A stretch of DNA of 64,000 nucleotides. It comes from Octopus sinensis. Lineage: Eukaryota. Under the pieces are notes generated by a model, which saw only the letters and a list, made by a program, of their open reading frames with translations, had not been told where the DNA came from and ran no database searches. Location of the stretch: NCBI RefSeq assembly GCF_006345805.1, contig NC_043013.1, positions 2,728,001 through 2,792,000 of the forward strand, written 5' to 3'. Both the position numbers and the translations under genes were made by a program. How positions within the stretch are numbered: the first letter of the stretch is position 1; each line of letters starts with the position of its first letter. Shown here piece after piece: positions 1-11,859 of this stretch.

Positions 1-310
1 GCCCAGTACTTATTCTATCGGTCTCTTTTGCCGAACCGCTAAGTTACGGGGACGTAAACACACCAGCATCGGTTGTCAAGCAATGCTAGGGGAACAAACA
101 CAGACACACAAACATATTCACACACACTTATATATATACATATATACGACAGGCTTCTTTCAGTTTCCGTCTACCAAATCCACTCACAAGGCTTTGGTCG
201 GCCCGAGGCTATAGCAGAAGACACTTGCCCAAGATGCCACGCAGTGGGACTGAACCCGGAACCATGTGGCTGGTTAGCAAGCTACTTACCACACAGCCAC
301 TCCTGCGCCT
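1..310 (-). mobile_element. SINE family A (tRNA-derived, CORE-like), truncated by window edge
   Basis: Reverse complement of the head GCAGGAGTGGCTGTGTGGTAAG...GGTTCAGTCC, CORE-like CTTGGGCAAGTGTC, internal (CA/TA)n and the tail seen in other copies. Confidence 0.85.
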
Positions 311-1563
311 ATGTGTGGTCCTTATTTAATCGACTCCAAAGTGATGAAAATAAATGTTGACTTCGGCCGGATTTGAACTCAGTCATAATAATGATATTTC
401 ATCATAAACACTTAGACAATATGTATGCATATGGATTCATCTATCACTGGGGGTATTTACGGGCAATACGCGTTTGCGTGTATACTTACATTTACATGTA
501 CACGCTTATAAGCAAAGTCTGGTGTTTGTCATACATACATCACACGGTCGAACTTGCATACGTAGATGCGTACGCAGTGGTTGCGCATCCGTGCGTGAAT
601 GTATGGATATACATGCAAACGTGCGATCAATGAAACATACAACAATTATGATGTTCGAAAAAACAGAAAAATATATTTTAAAAAATAGAAAATTGCGACA
701 TGAAGGAATACGGAATACGGAAATTTGAAGATAAAATTACTTGTATTCATAAAAATAAAAATTATATAAGGATTAAGGAAAACAGAGATACGAAATTGTA
801 AAATTGCAACACCCCAAAATCCATAATAATGACAAAATTGTAGCGATGCGGAACTATAACCAAACAGATATGTGACAACGTAGGGAGTTAAATATTCGGA
901 TACTCACAGAGTTATCTAATTGTTTTTATGCATCAAATAGTCAGAGGCACGAATCTGAGTGCAACTGGATATTTGATCACCGCTTAAATTTACAGAGAAT
1001 ATATAACAAAACTGTGCAAATACGGAATGCGTGGTGATTAGGTAAAGGATTAATACAGATTAATACACACACACACACACACACAAAAGAAAAAGACAAA
1101 CTTGTTAATAGTAGATTGAAGAATGACTTAAGCATGGGTTATCAGAGAGAGAGAGAGAAGAGTGTTGAGATATATCATTGAAGGAAGTAGAAAAAGTCAT
1201 TTAGGAATTAGTTAAGAGTTTGTTTTCTGTAGGTAGGGGATTAAATGATGGCTTGGTGACAATCAGGAATCTTAAAAATAATTATTGGTTTTGTAGGATG
1301 GAATTTGTAACATTGAGAGAAAACTGCAAAAATTGTCATTTAAATCATTGTAAATTTTCTGAAAATTGTAGGTAATGTGAATATATATAATGATAATAAT
1401 GTATATATGCTTATACACCAGAGTGTGTGTGTGTGTGTATGTGTGTGTTTGGTGTGGTATGTGTATATGTGTATTGCTAAAGAGAGAGACAATATGGTGA
1501 ATTAATTCTTTTGAAGATATTTGGTATCCGGAAATTGTGCCGAAGCCGAAGAAAGAACCGTAC

Positions 1564-1746
1564 CTTTTATTGCGCATTTGACGTTGACATAATCCGTTCT
1601 TGGTTCAGTTCAACTTGACCTTTGAGTGCGCTTAATGGAAGTCACTCTGTTGCAATTATTCAGACGGTGTCCCTGGTTTCGTTCGTACTTTCACCCACAG
1701 GACTCGCAGTCCTGCCAAGGGGTCGTGGATACCGTACTTTCCTTCT
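1564..1746 (-). other. Candidate exon (mostly 5' UTR; possible start ATG CGC AAT AAA AG|)
   Basis: Unique GC-balanced sequence between a pyrimidine-rich ...cttcttaaaag acceptor and donor AAG|GTACGG at 1563. All three frames contain stops upstream of the ATG at 1577. Confidence 0.3.
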
Positions 1747-1864
1747 TTTAAGAAGCAGCAAATAAAGCAGAACTTAACTCAAGTCGTGACCAAATTCCAA
1801 TTCATTTGCAAGATACACGTCTCGACTCTCATCGAACTGACTTGTAGTTTTCCCTTATCTAGAT

Positions 1865-2218
1865 CAGTGGTTCTCAACCGGGGTCCATATGGGCCCCTCA
1901 GGGTCAATATAAGATTTTTGGGGTCCACACAACAAAATAGTAAATTGAGGATCCACAACAATATTTTAAGAACCCTTAAAAAAGTTTTGCTTTAGTTGTA
2001 TGTATTGTTATGTATTGCAAGAAACGGCTAGGTTTCTTTCTCTAACATCTGACATAGTTCAACCTACACAAGTAAATTTGCATAAATAAAATAGGAATTG
2101 TGAAAGAAGTTTCTATAAAACTAGTATTTAAACATCGAATGGCTCTGGTGTGAGGAGGACATCAGAATAAAGTAATAATGAAAGGGGTCTATAAGTAAAA
2201 AATAGTTGCGAACCCTTT
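1865..2218 (+). mobile_element. hAT (Charlie/MER5-like) non-autonomous element, copy 1
   Basis: Starts CAGTGGTTCTCAACC after ATCTAGAT (NTCTAGAN-type target) and ends with a degenerate inverted copy. Homologous along its length to 3430-4228. Confidence 0.75.
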
Positions 2219-3429
2219 ATACTCCTCGACTCTAACATCGCTGCTTTAAACATTCAGAGCTCATTTTCCTCTTCTTCTTTAGTACATTTATTAAAATTCA
2301 CTTTTAAGCAACAAACAGTTTACCCAGTCCTTATTAATCCAATGCAATATCTATCTGTAATTCTATCCCATCCTACACTTCCAGCTCTCGTATAAGCATG
2401 TAAACAGTTCAATTAAAATGTCGACATTTGTAATTTTATAAACTTGATCGTGTCTAGGTAAATCCTGTAAATAATATGCAGCACGATGTTTTGTCAGTGA
2501 ACAGGTCACTGTCTCAAAGCGACGAAAATATTTTGACAAATTAAACTTAAATGTTGAAGTGAATCTAACGGTTTTGTGTGTTTCTTAAATGGTTTATAAA
2601 CACCCTCCACACTGCAATTGTTTTCGTTCCAGCACACGATCTCAGATCAAGTCACTCGCTATGCAAGTACATCTCCAATAAATGTATCTCTTTGTGTAAA
2701 ATATGCAATTTAAAACTAAGATGTCCAAGTGAAATTGTGTCTATAGTTCTTAAAATTAAACATTCCCGTGTATGAACTCCACGATGGATTATATAAACAT
2801 GTCTTGGGTAGTGTCAACTTTGTGTTACTCTTCGAGTTATTCAAGAGTTTCTATTAAAACTATAAAATCAGTGATTGCAAAAATAAATCATCTGAAACAA
2901 AGGTGACAGCAACGAAGATGTGAAAATTGAGCTGATACTTAATAACAGTGAGATCTCAGTTTTTCAACGACAATATCATTAAGGAAACATCTGCTGTAAA
3001 GTCATCCATTGGTACAAGTGGAGAAATGACAACATAGAATAGTTTTAGACTATCAGGAACTGAGGAGTGATAGCCTTGTAATTGGAATCTTGGAAACAGA
3101 TATCGGAGGAAATCTGAAGAATATACGCGTATACATCTAAAATAGATAACTAGAATTTAAAAGGAAGCGACTTTTTAATATACTCTGTAATGTCCAGTTA
3201 ACATTGAAGAATCACAGATTGAACATTGATTGTCTGGTGACTGTATGTTATAGTTACTGGGAGGAAACACTGTTATAGATGGATTATTCATCATTGTTAG
3301 ACCACAGATTAAGAATTGATCAGATATTTTATTTAAACATATATTTAAGTCGAACGTTATATGGTGAAAAGCTAGTTCGACCATATATATCGAAGGAAAA
3401 AATAAAAGTCATATTTTAACCATCAAGGC

Positions 3430-3748
3430 TAGTGGTTCGCAACCGGGATCCATATGGTCCCTGAGAGCCCATATAAGATTTTGGGGGTTCAATGCAACAA
3501 AATAGCAAATTGAGGATCTACTATAGTATCTTAAGGACCCCCTGAAAAACTTTTGCTTTAGATGTTTGCAGGAGTGGCTATGTGGTAAGTAGCTTGCTTA
3601 CCAACCACATGGTTCCGGGTTCATTCCCATTGCGTGGCATCTTGGACAAGTGTCTTCTACTATAGCCTCGGGCTTACCAAAGCCTTGTGAGTGGATTTGG
3701 TAGACGGAAACTGAAAGAAGCCCGTCTCTCTCTCTATCTCTCTCTCTC

Positions 3749-3785
<37 letters not shown>

Positions 3786-4228
3786 TTGTGTGTCTGTGTT
3801 TGTCCCCCCAACATCGCTTGACAACCGATGCTGGTGTGTTTGTGCCCTCGTAACTTAGCGGTTCGGTAAAAGCGACCGATAGAATAAGTACTAGGTTTAC
3901 GAAGAATAAGTCCTGGGGTCGATTTGCTCGACTAAAGGCGGTGCTCCAGCATGGCCACAGTCAAATGACTGAAACAACTAAAAACGTAAAAAAGAGTAAA
4001 GGAGTATCGGTATGTATTGCAAGAAACAGCTGGGTTTCTTTCTCTAACGTTTTCCATTGTTCAACCCTACACAATTTAATGTGTAAAAAGCAAAATAGGA
4101 ATTTTGAAAGAGGTTTCTATAAAACTAGTTTTTAAACAACGAATGGCTACGGGGGGGGGGGGGGGGGCATCAAAATAAAATAATAGCCAAAGGGATCCAT
4201 AGATGTAGAAAATGGTTTAAAACTCCTG
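3430..4228 (+). mobile_element. hAT (Charlie/MER5-like) non-autonomous element, copy 2, interrupted by a SINE
   Basis: Ends TAGTGGTTCGCAACC ... GGTTTAAAACTCCTG; 8-bp TSD ATCAAGGC (3422-3429) / ATCAAGTC (4229-4236). Confidence 0.8.
3567..3995 (+). mobile_element. SINE family A, full length, nested in the hAT element
   Basis: A/B-box-like head, CORE-like segment, internal microsatellite, tail ending CATGGCCACAGTCAAATGACTGAAAC. Confidence 0.9.
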
Positions 4229-5199
4229 ATCAAGTCTTGGCAGCTTAGGTATCGATGTAATTACTATTACATCGATAAATTCATCGTCCCAAGTAAGGAA
4301 AGATTAACATTGTTTTGACCCCCTCCACTTACAGAGTCAAGATTAACGTAACTATGATTAGCTTATACAGACAATACTCCAGTTAGAATTAAGAATTCCA
4401 AAATTCTTAAAACAACAGTTTTAGTAAAGCAGCCATCTTTAAGTTCAAATGTTGGTCTTCGTGTTAAACCATTGCAATTTAGGTTAAGCCAGTAATATTC
4501 AAGTTAAACAACAGCATTTAGACGGAAGTAATGATATCGGTATCAATCCAATAAAATTCAGATCAAATCAAACGGTTGGATTTAAAACAAATGGTATTCA
4601 TTTTAAACCAATAATATTCAGATTACACCAATGCTATTTCATTTAAAGTAATGGTTTTGAAGTTAAAGCAGAGGAATCCGGGTTGAAATAAAAGTATTGT
4701 TGTTAAATAAGCGACGCCTAGGTTAACATAGATGAGAGTTTGTATATGAATGGGTCAGCTTGAAGATGTCCGTCTGTGAGTGAAGTTATGAGCGTAAAAA
4801 CCTACTTCTCGACCGATATCTCAGATATCCACTGGCAATCTGAAGTCCGAAGGTTTGCGATGTGAGCTGATGCATGCTGATTAGGTTAGTGACTTCTCAG
4901 TTCGATTCTGAGGGCTTGCCTTAGCTTATGCAGTCATGGATCGATAAATCAATATAGGGTTCAGTGACTTTCTACAGAGGTTCTCTGATTTGATTAGAAG
5001 GCCAACACTTATCGATCGTCTGCTGCATTCATATGAACATACAAACATGCATGCGTGTGCACTTGCATTCAAACAGGCATATATATATATATATACATGC
5101 GTTAGTGTACACATCTTTTCTCAGTCTCTCACTCTCTCTTTCTCCTCATTTCTCACGATTGCAGTCCCTGTCTTTCTTTTTCTTTTTCTGTCTTTATGT

Positions 5200-5222
5200 G
5201 TGAGTATGAGAGAGAGAGAGAA

Positions 5223-5255
<33 letters not shown>

Positions 5256-5347
5256 AAGAAAGAGAGAAAGAGAAATAGAAAGAGAAAGTGAGAGTGTGTG
5301 TGTGTACGTGTGTGTTGTGTGCGTGCGTGCGTTTGCATGTATAAATG

Positions 5348-5392
<45 letters not shown>

Positions 5393-5461
5393 ATGTATAT
5401 GCTTGTATGTATCTTTAAGCACATCATTTATTTATTTGTATCAATAGCTATTGATCTTTTG

Positions 5462-5493
<32 letters not shown>

Positions 5494-5793
5494 CATACAC
5501 GAACACACAAACGCACGCACACACAAATGCACGCACACATACACACATACACGCACACACACACACACACGCACACATACACACATATTTACAATACCAC
5601 AACTTTTAATTCCCAATAACCTCCTCTTCTCCCCCCCCAAACCAAACATGTACTTTAGTGGTTCTACACAAGAGCAACACTAACAACATCAACAACCACA
5701 ACACGATCATTACAAGAACAACAACGTCAATCACAACTCACACACGCACCACCATCATCACCTCCACCACCACCACTACCATTATCATCATCG

Positions 5794-5848
<55 letters not shown>

Positions 5849-6171
5849 CATCATCATCATCACCACCACCACTACCATCATCATCATCATCATCATCATC
5901 ATCGTCGTCGTCGTCGTCGTCACCATCATCTTCACAGTCAACAACAACGCCAGCCAGATTAACACCAATGGCCGGAATCAACACAAACAACTGCAGTAAC
6001 AACAACAATAACATTAAGTAAGAGTAACAACAACAGCAACAACAATAGTAACACATCCTTCAGTTGCACAAACAACAAGAACGGAATCATTTCTCATGAT
6101 GATGATGAGGAGGAGGAGGAGGTTGTAATGATATATAAACTACCATCAACAACAAAACTGCTACTACTACA

Positions 6172-6221
<50 letters not shown>

Positions 6222-6760
6222 CACAATGAACAGCAATCTTAACGCCATAAGCTTCATCATCATCATTATTATTATCATCAACAACGACAACAAGAACAGC
6301 AGCAACTACAATTCTCATCATAATAATAATCCTCATTATTCACATGCACTTGATGATGATGATGATGGTGATGATGATCGTCCTCATCATGATCATCACC
6401 ATCATCATCATCATCATCACCATCATCATCAACAAGCTCATCATGATCAATAATATTCTCGTGTTCTGTTACACCGTTCTCCTCCTCCTCCTCCTCCTCT
6501 CCTTCCTCCCCCTCCTTTTCCTCCTCCTCTTCATCCTCCTCCTCCTCCTCATCATCATCATCATCGTCATCGTCATAAGTAGCGGCAGCAAAAGCTAAAT
6601 CATTATTGCTAAAGCATCAATGACAAAAACAAAAGGAGCCAACGGCTGTAAGAGAAATGATGGAACAACAACAACAACAACAACAACAGCAGCAGAGGCA
6701 ACAACAACAACAACACCCGAAACAAGAACAGCAACAGCAACAACAGCCAGTATAGCCCTC
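5200..6760. repeat. Compound microsatellite field ((GA)n, (TA)n, (CA)n, (CAT)n, (CTA)n, (CAA)n, (CCT)n)
   Basis: Read directly; explains the homopolymeric ORFs here. Confidence 0.95.
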
Positions 6761-7015
6761 AAAGAAAACTAAGACTGACTACAGCAGCGACAATGTGACG
6801 TCAGACTTCAATTGACAAAGACTAAAGAATATTTATTGGAAACATTATTGGTTGTCCATTTACATACACATATATTGATTGGCAAGTGTGTACAATGGAA
6901 GTACACATATGTGTGTGTGTGTTTGTGTATGTCTATATGTATGGGTGTGGCGCCCTCTAAATAGCCGTTAAATATATGTGTGTGTGTATGTGTGTGTGTG
7001 TGTGTATGTATATAT

Positions 7016-7069
<54 letters not shown>

Positions 7070-7186
7070 TATATGTATGTATCTATATATATATATATAA
7101 TATATATATATACATATATATGAATAATATATGTATATACATATATATATGTGTGTATATATATATGCGTGTATGTATGTATGGTG

Positions 7187-7552
7187 GAACTCCGTCGGTT
7201 CCAGTTGATCCGATCAACGGAATAGCCTGCTCGTGAAATTAACATGCAAGTGGCTGAGCACTCCACAGACACGTGTACCCTTAACGTAGTTTTCGGGGAG
7301 ATTCGGCATAACACAGAGTGCGACAAGGCTGGCCCTTTGAAATACAGGTACAACAGAAACAGGAAGAAAGAGTGAGAGAAAGTTGTGGTGAAAGAGTACA
7401 GCAGGGTTCGCCCCCCCCCCCACTGCTGGAGCCTCGTGGAGTTTTTGGTGTCTTCGCTCAATAAACACTCACAACGCCCGGTCTGGGAATCGGAACCACG
7501 ATTCTACGACCGCAAGTCCGCTGCCCTAACCATTGGGACATTGCGCCTCCAC
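7187..7552 (-). mobile_element. SINE family C (tRNA-derived head) with tail X
   Basis: Minus strand GTGGAGGCGCAATGTCCCAATGGTTAGGGCAGCGGAC...GGTTCCGATTCC; collinear with 59705-60088. Confidence 0.88.
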
Positions 7553-8056
7553 TGTGTGTGTGTGTATGCACATATGCGGAGTGAGAGAGAGAGAGAGAGA
7601 GAGAGAAAACACATATAGATATAAATATATGGATGTATGTGTGTATGCATGTATACATACATACATACACACATGTGTATATATATATATATACACGCGC
7701 ACACATACATTTGTATACTATGTAAATAAAATAAACGGAAATAGCGCAATTCGAATATATCTCACGAAAGAAACATGGATATATTTAGCGAACACCCTAA
7801 TGTCCTTGTGGGACATTAGGGTGTTTCGAGAAATATATCTGTCTCTTCTGTTGGTGTTTGTAAATAGAGGTTTGCAGTCTAGTATATCGTAAATAATAGT
7901 CTACGTCGAGGGGTTAATATAGGAAGCGTCCTGGAAGAATGGAACGATGATAATATTTCTATAGAGAACCAAAATATAAGAAAAAATTCGCTCCAGGAGG
8001 TAAGGGACATATCTCCCAAATAATCTATTGGAAAATACATTAAGTTAGACAGCTTT

Positions 8057-8156
<100 letters not shown>

Positions 8157-8234
8157 ACACAATACATACATACATACATACATACATACATACATACATA
8201 CATACATAACATACATACATACAACATACATACA

Positions 8235-8277
<43 letters not shown>

Positions 8278-8280
<3 letters not shown>

Positions 8281-8551
8281 ATAAAGGTTAAATGCAACAA
8301 GTTGCTCAAAACCACATACCGCAAATATTAGAAATAGCAGCCAAAATTGGCTACTATTTCCTCTACTAGTAAAAAGTCTCCACAAACAAACAGAATTTGT
8401 AAGCTGTATATGGCAAAAAAGGCAGAAAATAACGAAAACCCAGCCTCTGGATTAATTATAGACGACTCGTTTCTGGATTAGAACCGAAGGTTCATTTCTT
8501 GTCATTTCCTCTGGTGGTTTTGAGCAACTTGTTGCATTTACCCTTTATTAT
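8278..8551. mobile_element. MITE-like or fold-back element with 38-bp inverted repeats
   Basis: 8278-8315 and 8514-8551 are reverse complements at 37/38 positions; the left end abuts (TA)n. Confidence 0.6.
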
Positions 8552-8658
8552 AATTATTATAACCCTTACCAAATATGGTCTTTTCCATACCGACAAATCT
8601 ACTAGGTGAAATTGATTAATTTTATTAAATTAATTATATTCCACCCTTTATTGAATAC

Positions 8659-8778
<120 letters not shown>

Positions 8779-8871
8779 CATAGATATTTATATTTATATG
8801 AACCCATGAATGAGCAAGGGAGAGTGAGAGAGAGAGAGACAGACAGACAGCGAAGATAGACAGAGAGATTA

Positions 8872-9690
8872 ATGTTAGTTAGTTAATTTTTTGGCTCAAA
8901 AAGCAAAAAGCAAGGCCATGTAGGGGGACATGGAGTTATGTACAGGGTGGTGTTCATGTAAAGAGTTCAGGCCACTTGAGGTCAAAGGAGGCTTTGAACC
9001 GAGCGGTCGTCGGCATTTTCACCATCTCGTCTGGCAGCTTATTCCACGGATCCGCAACCCGGACGGAGAAAGCCCCTCTCCTTCGATTGAGATGAAATCG
9101 TCGCAGATAGAGCTTTTCGGAATGACCCCGCAGCCGACGCTCTGGAGCAGGAGTGAAGAACAGCTCTTTCGAGAGGTTACACTTTCCGCTTATGATGTTG
9201 TGAGCAAGAATGAGATCTCCACGGCGTCGTCGTTTTTCTAGAGAATAAAGGTCGAGCGTCTTCAGCCTTTCTTCATAAGACAAATTCTTGAGACCAAGAA
9301 CCATGCGGGTAGCCAGCTTCTGGACTCTTTCGAGATGCTGTATGTCTTTGAAGAGATAAGGAGAAGAGGCTTGAATCCCGTACTCCAATATGGGTCTCAC
9401 CAGCGTGACATAGAGCGGTAGGAATATGGCTGCTGTGAGCAATCCGAATGACCGTCGAATCAAGAATAGAATTCCGCGTGCTTCGTTGGCAGCATGGACG
9501 TACTGGGCAGAAGGCGAAAAGGAGGAATCCACCAAGATACCCAGGTCCTTTACCTGATCGGTCCTCTCAAGCAGCAGAGGACCCGGCTCGAAATCAAGTT
9601 GAGTTGCAGGAGGAGAGCCAACAGGCAGATGACAGCACTTTGACACGGTTCAAATACAGGTCCCATTCGTTAAACCATGTCCATTAAAGT
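8872..9690 (-). mobile_element. CR1-like LINE, 5'-truncated (RT C-terminal region, 3' UTR, short tandem tail)
   Basis: ORF 8954-9646 has KDLGILVD, TLVRPILEYG, LERVQKLATRMV, YEERLKTLDLYSLEKRRRRGDLI and WNKLP motifs; ends in (AACT)n. Confidence 0.9.
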
Positions 9691-10375
9691 AGTGTTCTTG
9701 AATTCTGAAGTTTCTTGTTTTGAAACCTCAGAAAAAATACTATTTACTATCTTGACGACACAAAGGAGAAACTATTGTGAAAAAGTGTAAGTAATGTCCG
9801 GATTTTAAATAATAAAAACAAGTGATCAAATCTTACATTTTAATGAAACTTAATCGTTAATATAGTTTCCATGATTATCTATGGCATCTTTCTATCTTCT
9901 CGTAAGCTTTTTAATCCCATTAATGTAAAACTCTTTCGGTTTCGAAGAGAGCTCAGCTTTAACTTCCTCAGTTATTTCGAGAGTTAATCCATCTAAATGA
10001 TTCTGTAAGCTACAGAACAAATGATAATCTGAAGGAGCAAGGTTCGGGGAATAAGGCGATGAGCAATTTTCTCCCCGTCAACTTCCTCGATCTTCTGTGA
10101 CGTGATCTTTATAGTGTGGGCTCCTTTTCGATTCACTAAAGCAGGCCTTTTTTTCTTCAAAGCAGCGTTCAAACGCTCTAATTGCTGACAGTAGATTTGA
10201 GCATTGATTGTGGCATTAGTTTGTAGCAACTCAAAGTGAATGAGTCCTTTGCAATCTCACCAAATAAAGAGAAAATCTTCTTCGCATGTAGTTCTCTTTT
10301 CAGCTGTGTTTGGTCCTTTTCCTCTTCACCGAGCCTATGCCTACGACGCTTAAACATTTTGACAAAAGACCCATT

Positions 10376-10881
10376 CTTTTTACATTATGTACAGTTGACG
10401 GATATTTGTCCTCATTTTGTTCGTTGTTAACACAATATTTCGGCTGATAAACCCTCCAGCCTTCATCAGGTGTCTTGGGGAAATTTAGAACCTGGATTCT
10501 CATTCCTAAGGCATGTTTCGATTCTGTCTTCTTTTCTTCTTCTCTTCTTCTTCTTCTTCTTCTTCTTCTTCTTCTTCTTCTTCTCTCTTCTCTTCTCTTC
10601 TTCTTCTTCTTCTTTTCTTCTTCTTCTTTTCTTCTTCTCTTCTCTTCTTCTTCTTTTCTTCCTTTCTTCTTCTTCGTTCTTCTTCTTCTTCTTCTTACTT
10701 CTTCAGGTCACTGCCTGGAATCGAACTCGGAATCTTGGAGTTCTTAACCACTACGCCATATGCCCACGGGCATATGAACGCTGGAGAGTATATCAGACGA
10801 AACATTGTGTTAACATCCGTCAGATGTAAATAATGAAAATAATGTATATAGTTCCTCCATTCTTATATATAGAACTGTATT
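10376..10881 (-). mobile_element. tRNA-headed SINE carrying a hammerhead ribozyme, with an inverted partial tail copy
   Basis: 12-bp TSD AAAAGACCCATT (10364-10375, 10882-10893). A box TGGCGTAGTGG (10758-10748), B box GAGTTCGATTCC (10728-10717), (AGA)n linker, HHR at 10474-10429. Confidence 0.8.
10429..10474 (-). ncRNA. Minimal type I hammerhead ribozyme motif
   Basis: gacac CTGATGA a GGCTGG agggttta TCAGCC GAAA ta TT gtgtt: intact core, 6-bp stem II (one G-U), palindromic AATATT stem III, 5-bp stem I. Confidence 0.75.
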
Positions 10882-11859
10882 AAAAGACCCATTTTTCATC
10901 AGCGGTCATCAGTCCAAAAAAGGGCGAGATGAGTTCACGGGAATGAAGAGAAGAACAAATGTTCACTCGGGATTTACGGTTGGCTTCAGACAAATCCCGA
11001 GGCACCCACTTTCTGAGTTTTGGGACCTTTCCAAGCTGTTGAAAATGGCGGTGAACAGTTGAATGGCTTAAACGAAGATTGGTTACCAAAACTTCAAAAG
11101 AAACTGCATGTTCTTTTTCGAGTTCTGCCAAAAGGAGCTTGTCATTAAACTCAACTGGACGTCCTGTTCGGGCCTCATCTTCAAGGCTGAAATCTCCACT
11201 TGGAAATTTTACAAAGCATCTTCTGCAAGTTCTTTCATTCAGGTTCTCTTCTCCATAAGCTGAGTGAATATTTCGAGTCGTTTCAGCTGCAGAGTTCCAT
11301 TTTTTTAACTCATAAAGCATTTTGTGCCTCGAATGCTCCTTAGACGCTTCCATGCTCGAAGAGTCATAATTAGAGAAATTTCAATTAAATTATTCTGCAA
11401 GATTAAATTTAATAAGGTTAAATATGTCCAAATACATATAAATATTATTTGATTGCATTAGACTTTCTAAAATACTGTTAAAGCATTTACAAATTGAAAA
11501 TATAGAAGTCCGGACATATGGATAGTCAGATATATTCACTTCACGTACTTTATAATCATTGCTACCTGTCAGTATATGATGCAATTTTTATTCTCTGTTT
11601 GTCTGTCTGTCTCTTTCTCTCTGTCTCTTTCCCCCCCTCTCTCTCTCTCTCGCCATGTACACACGCACGCACACACACACACATACACACATACACACAC
11701 AAAACTGGCGAAAGATATTGAATGTCTGTTACAAACGCATCTAAATACCAACGAATGAGATGTAAACCGCAATAGAAAGCAACAAATACGGCCAAATTGT
11801 GATAGTAGAAATGATTATGATATAGCTAACACGGTAACAACGTCAGAAAATGAAGTCAG

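Larger units (their letters stand above)
9790..11520 (-). mobile_element. Decayed mariner transposon split by an insertion at 10376-10881
   Basis: ORF 10880-11353 has the mariner HTH region, WVPRDL and TADEKWV; the downstream part has INAQIYCQQLERL and a frameshifted LAPSDYHLF. The only TIR remnant is ATGTCCGGA at both ends. Confidence 0.88.
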
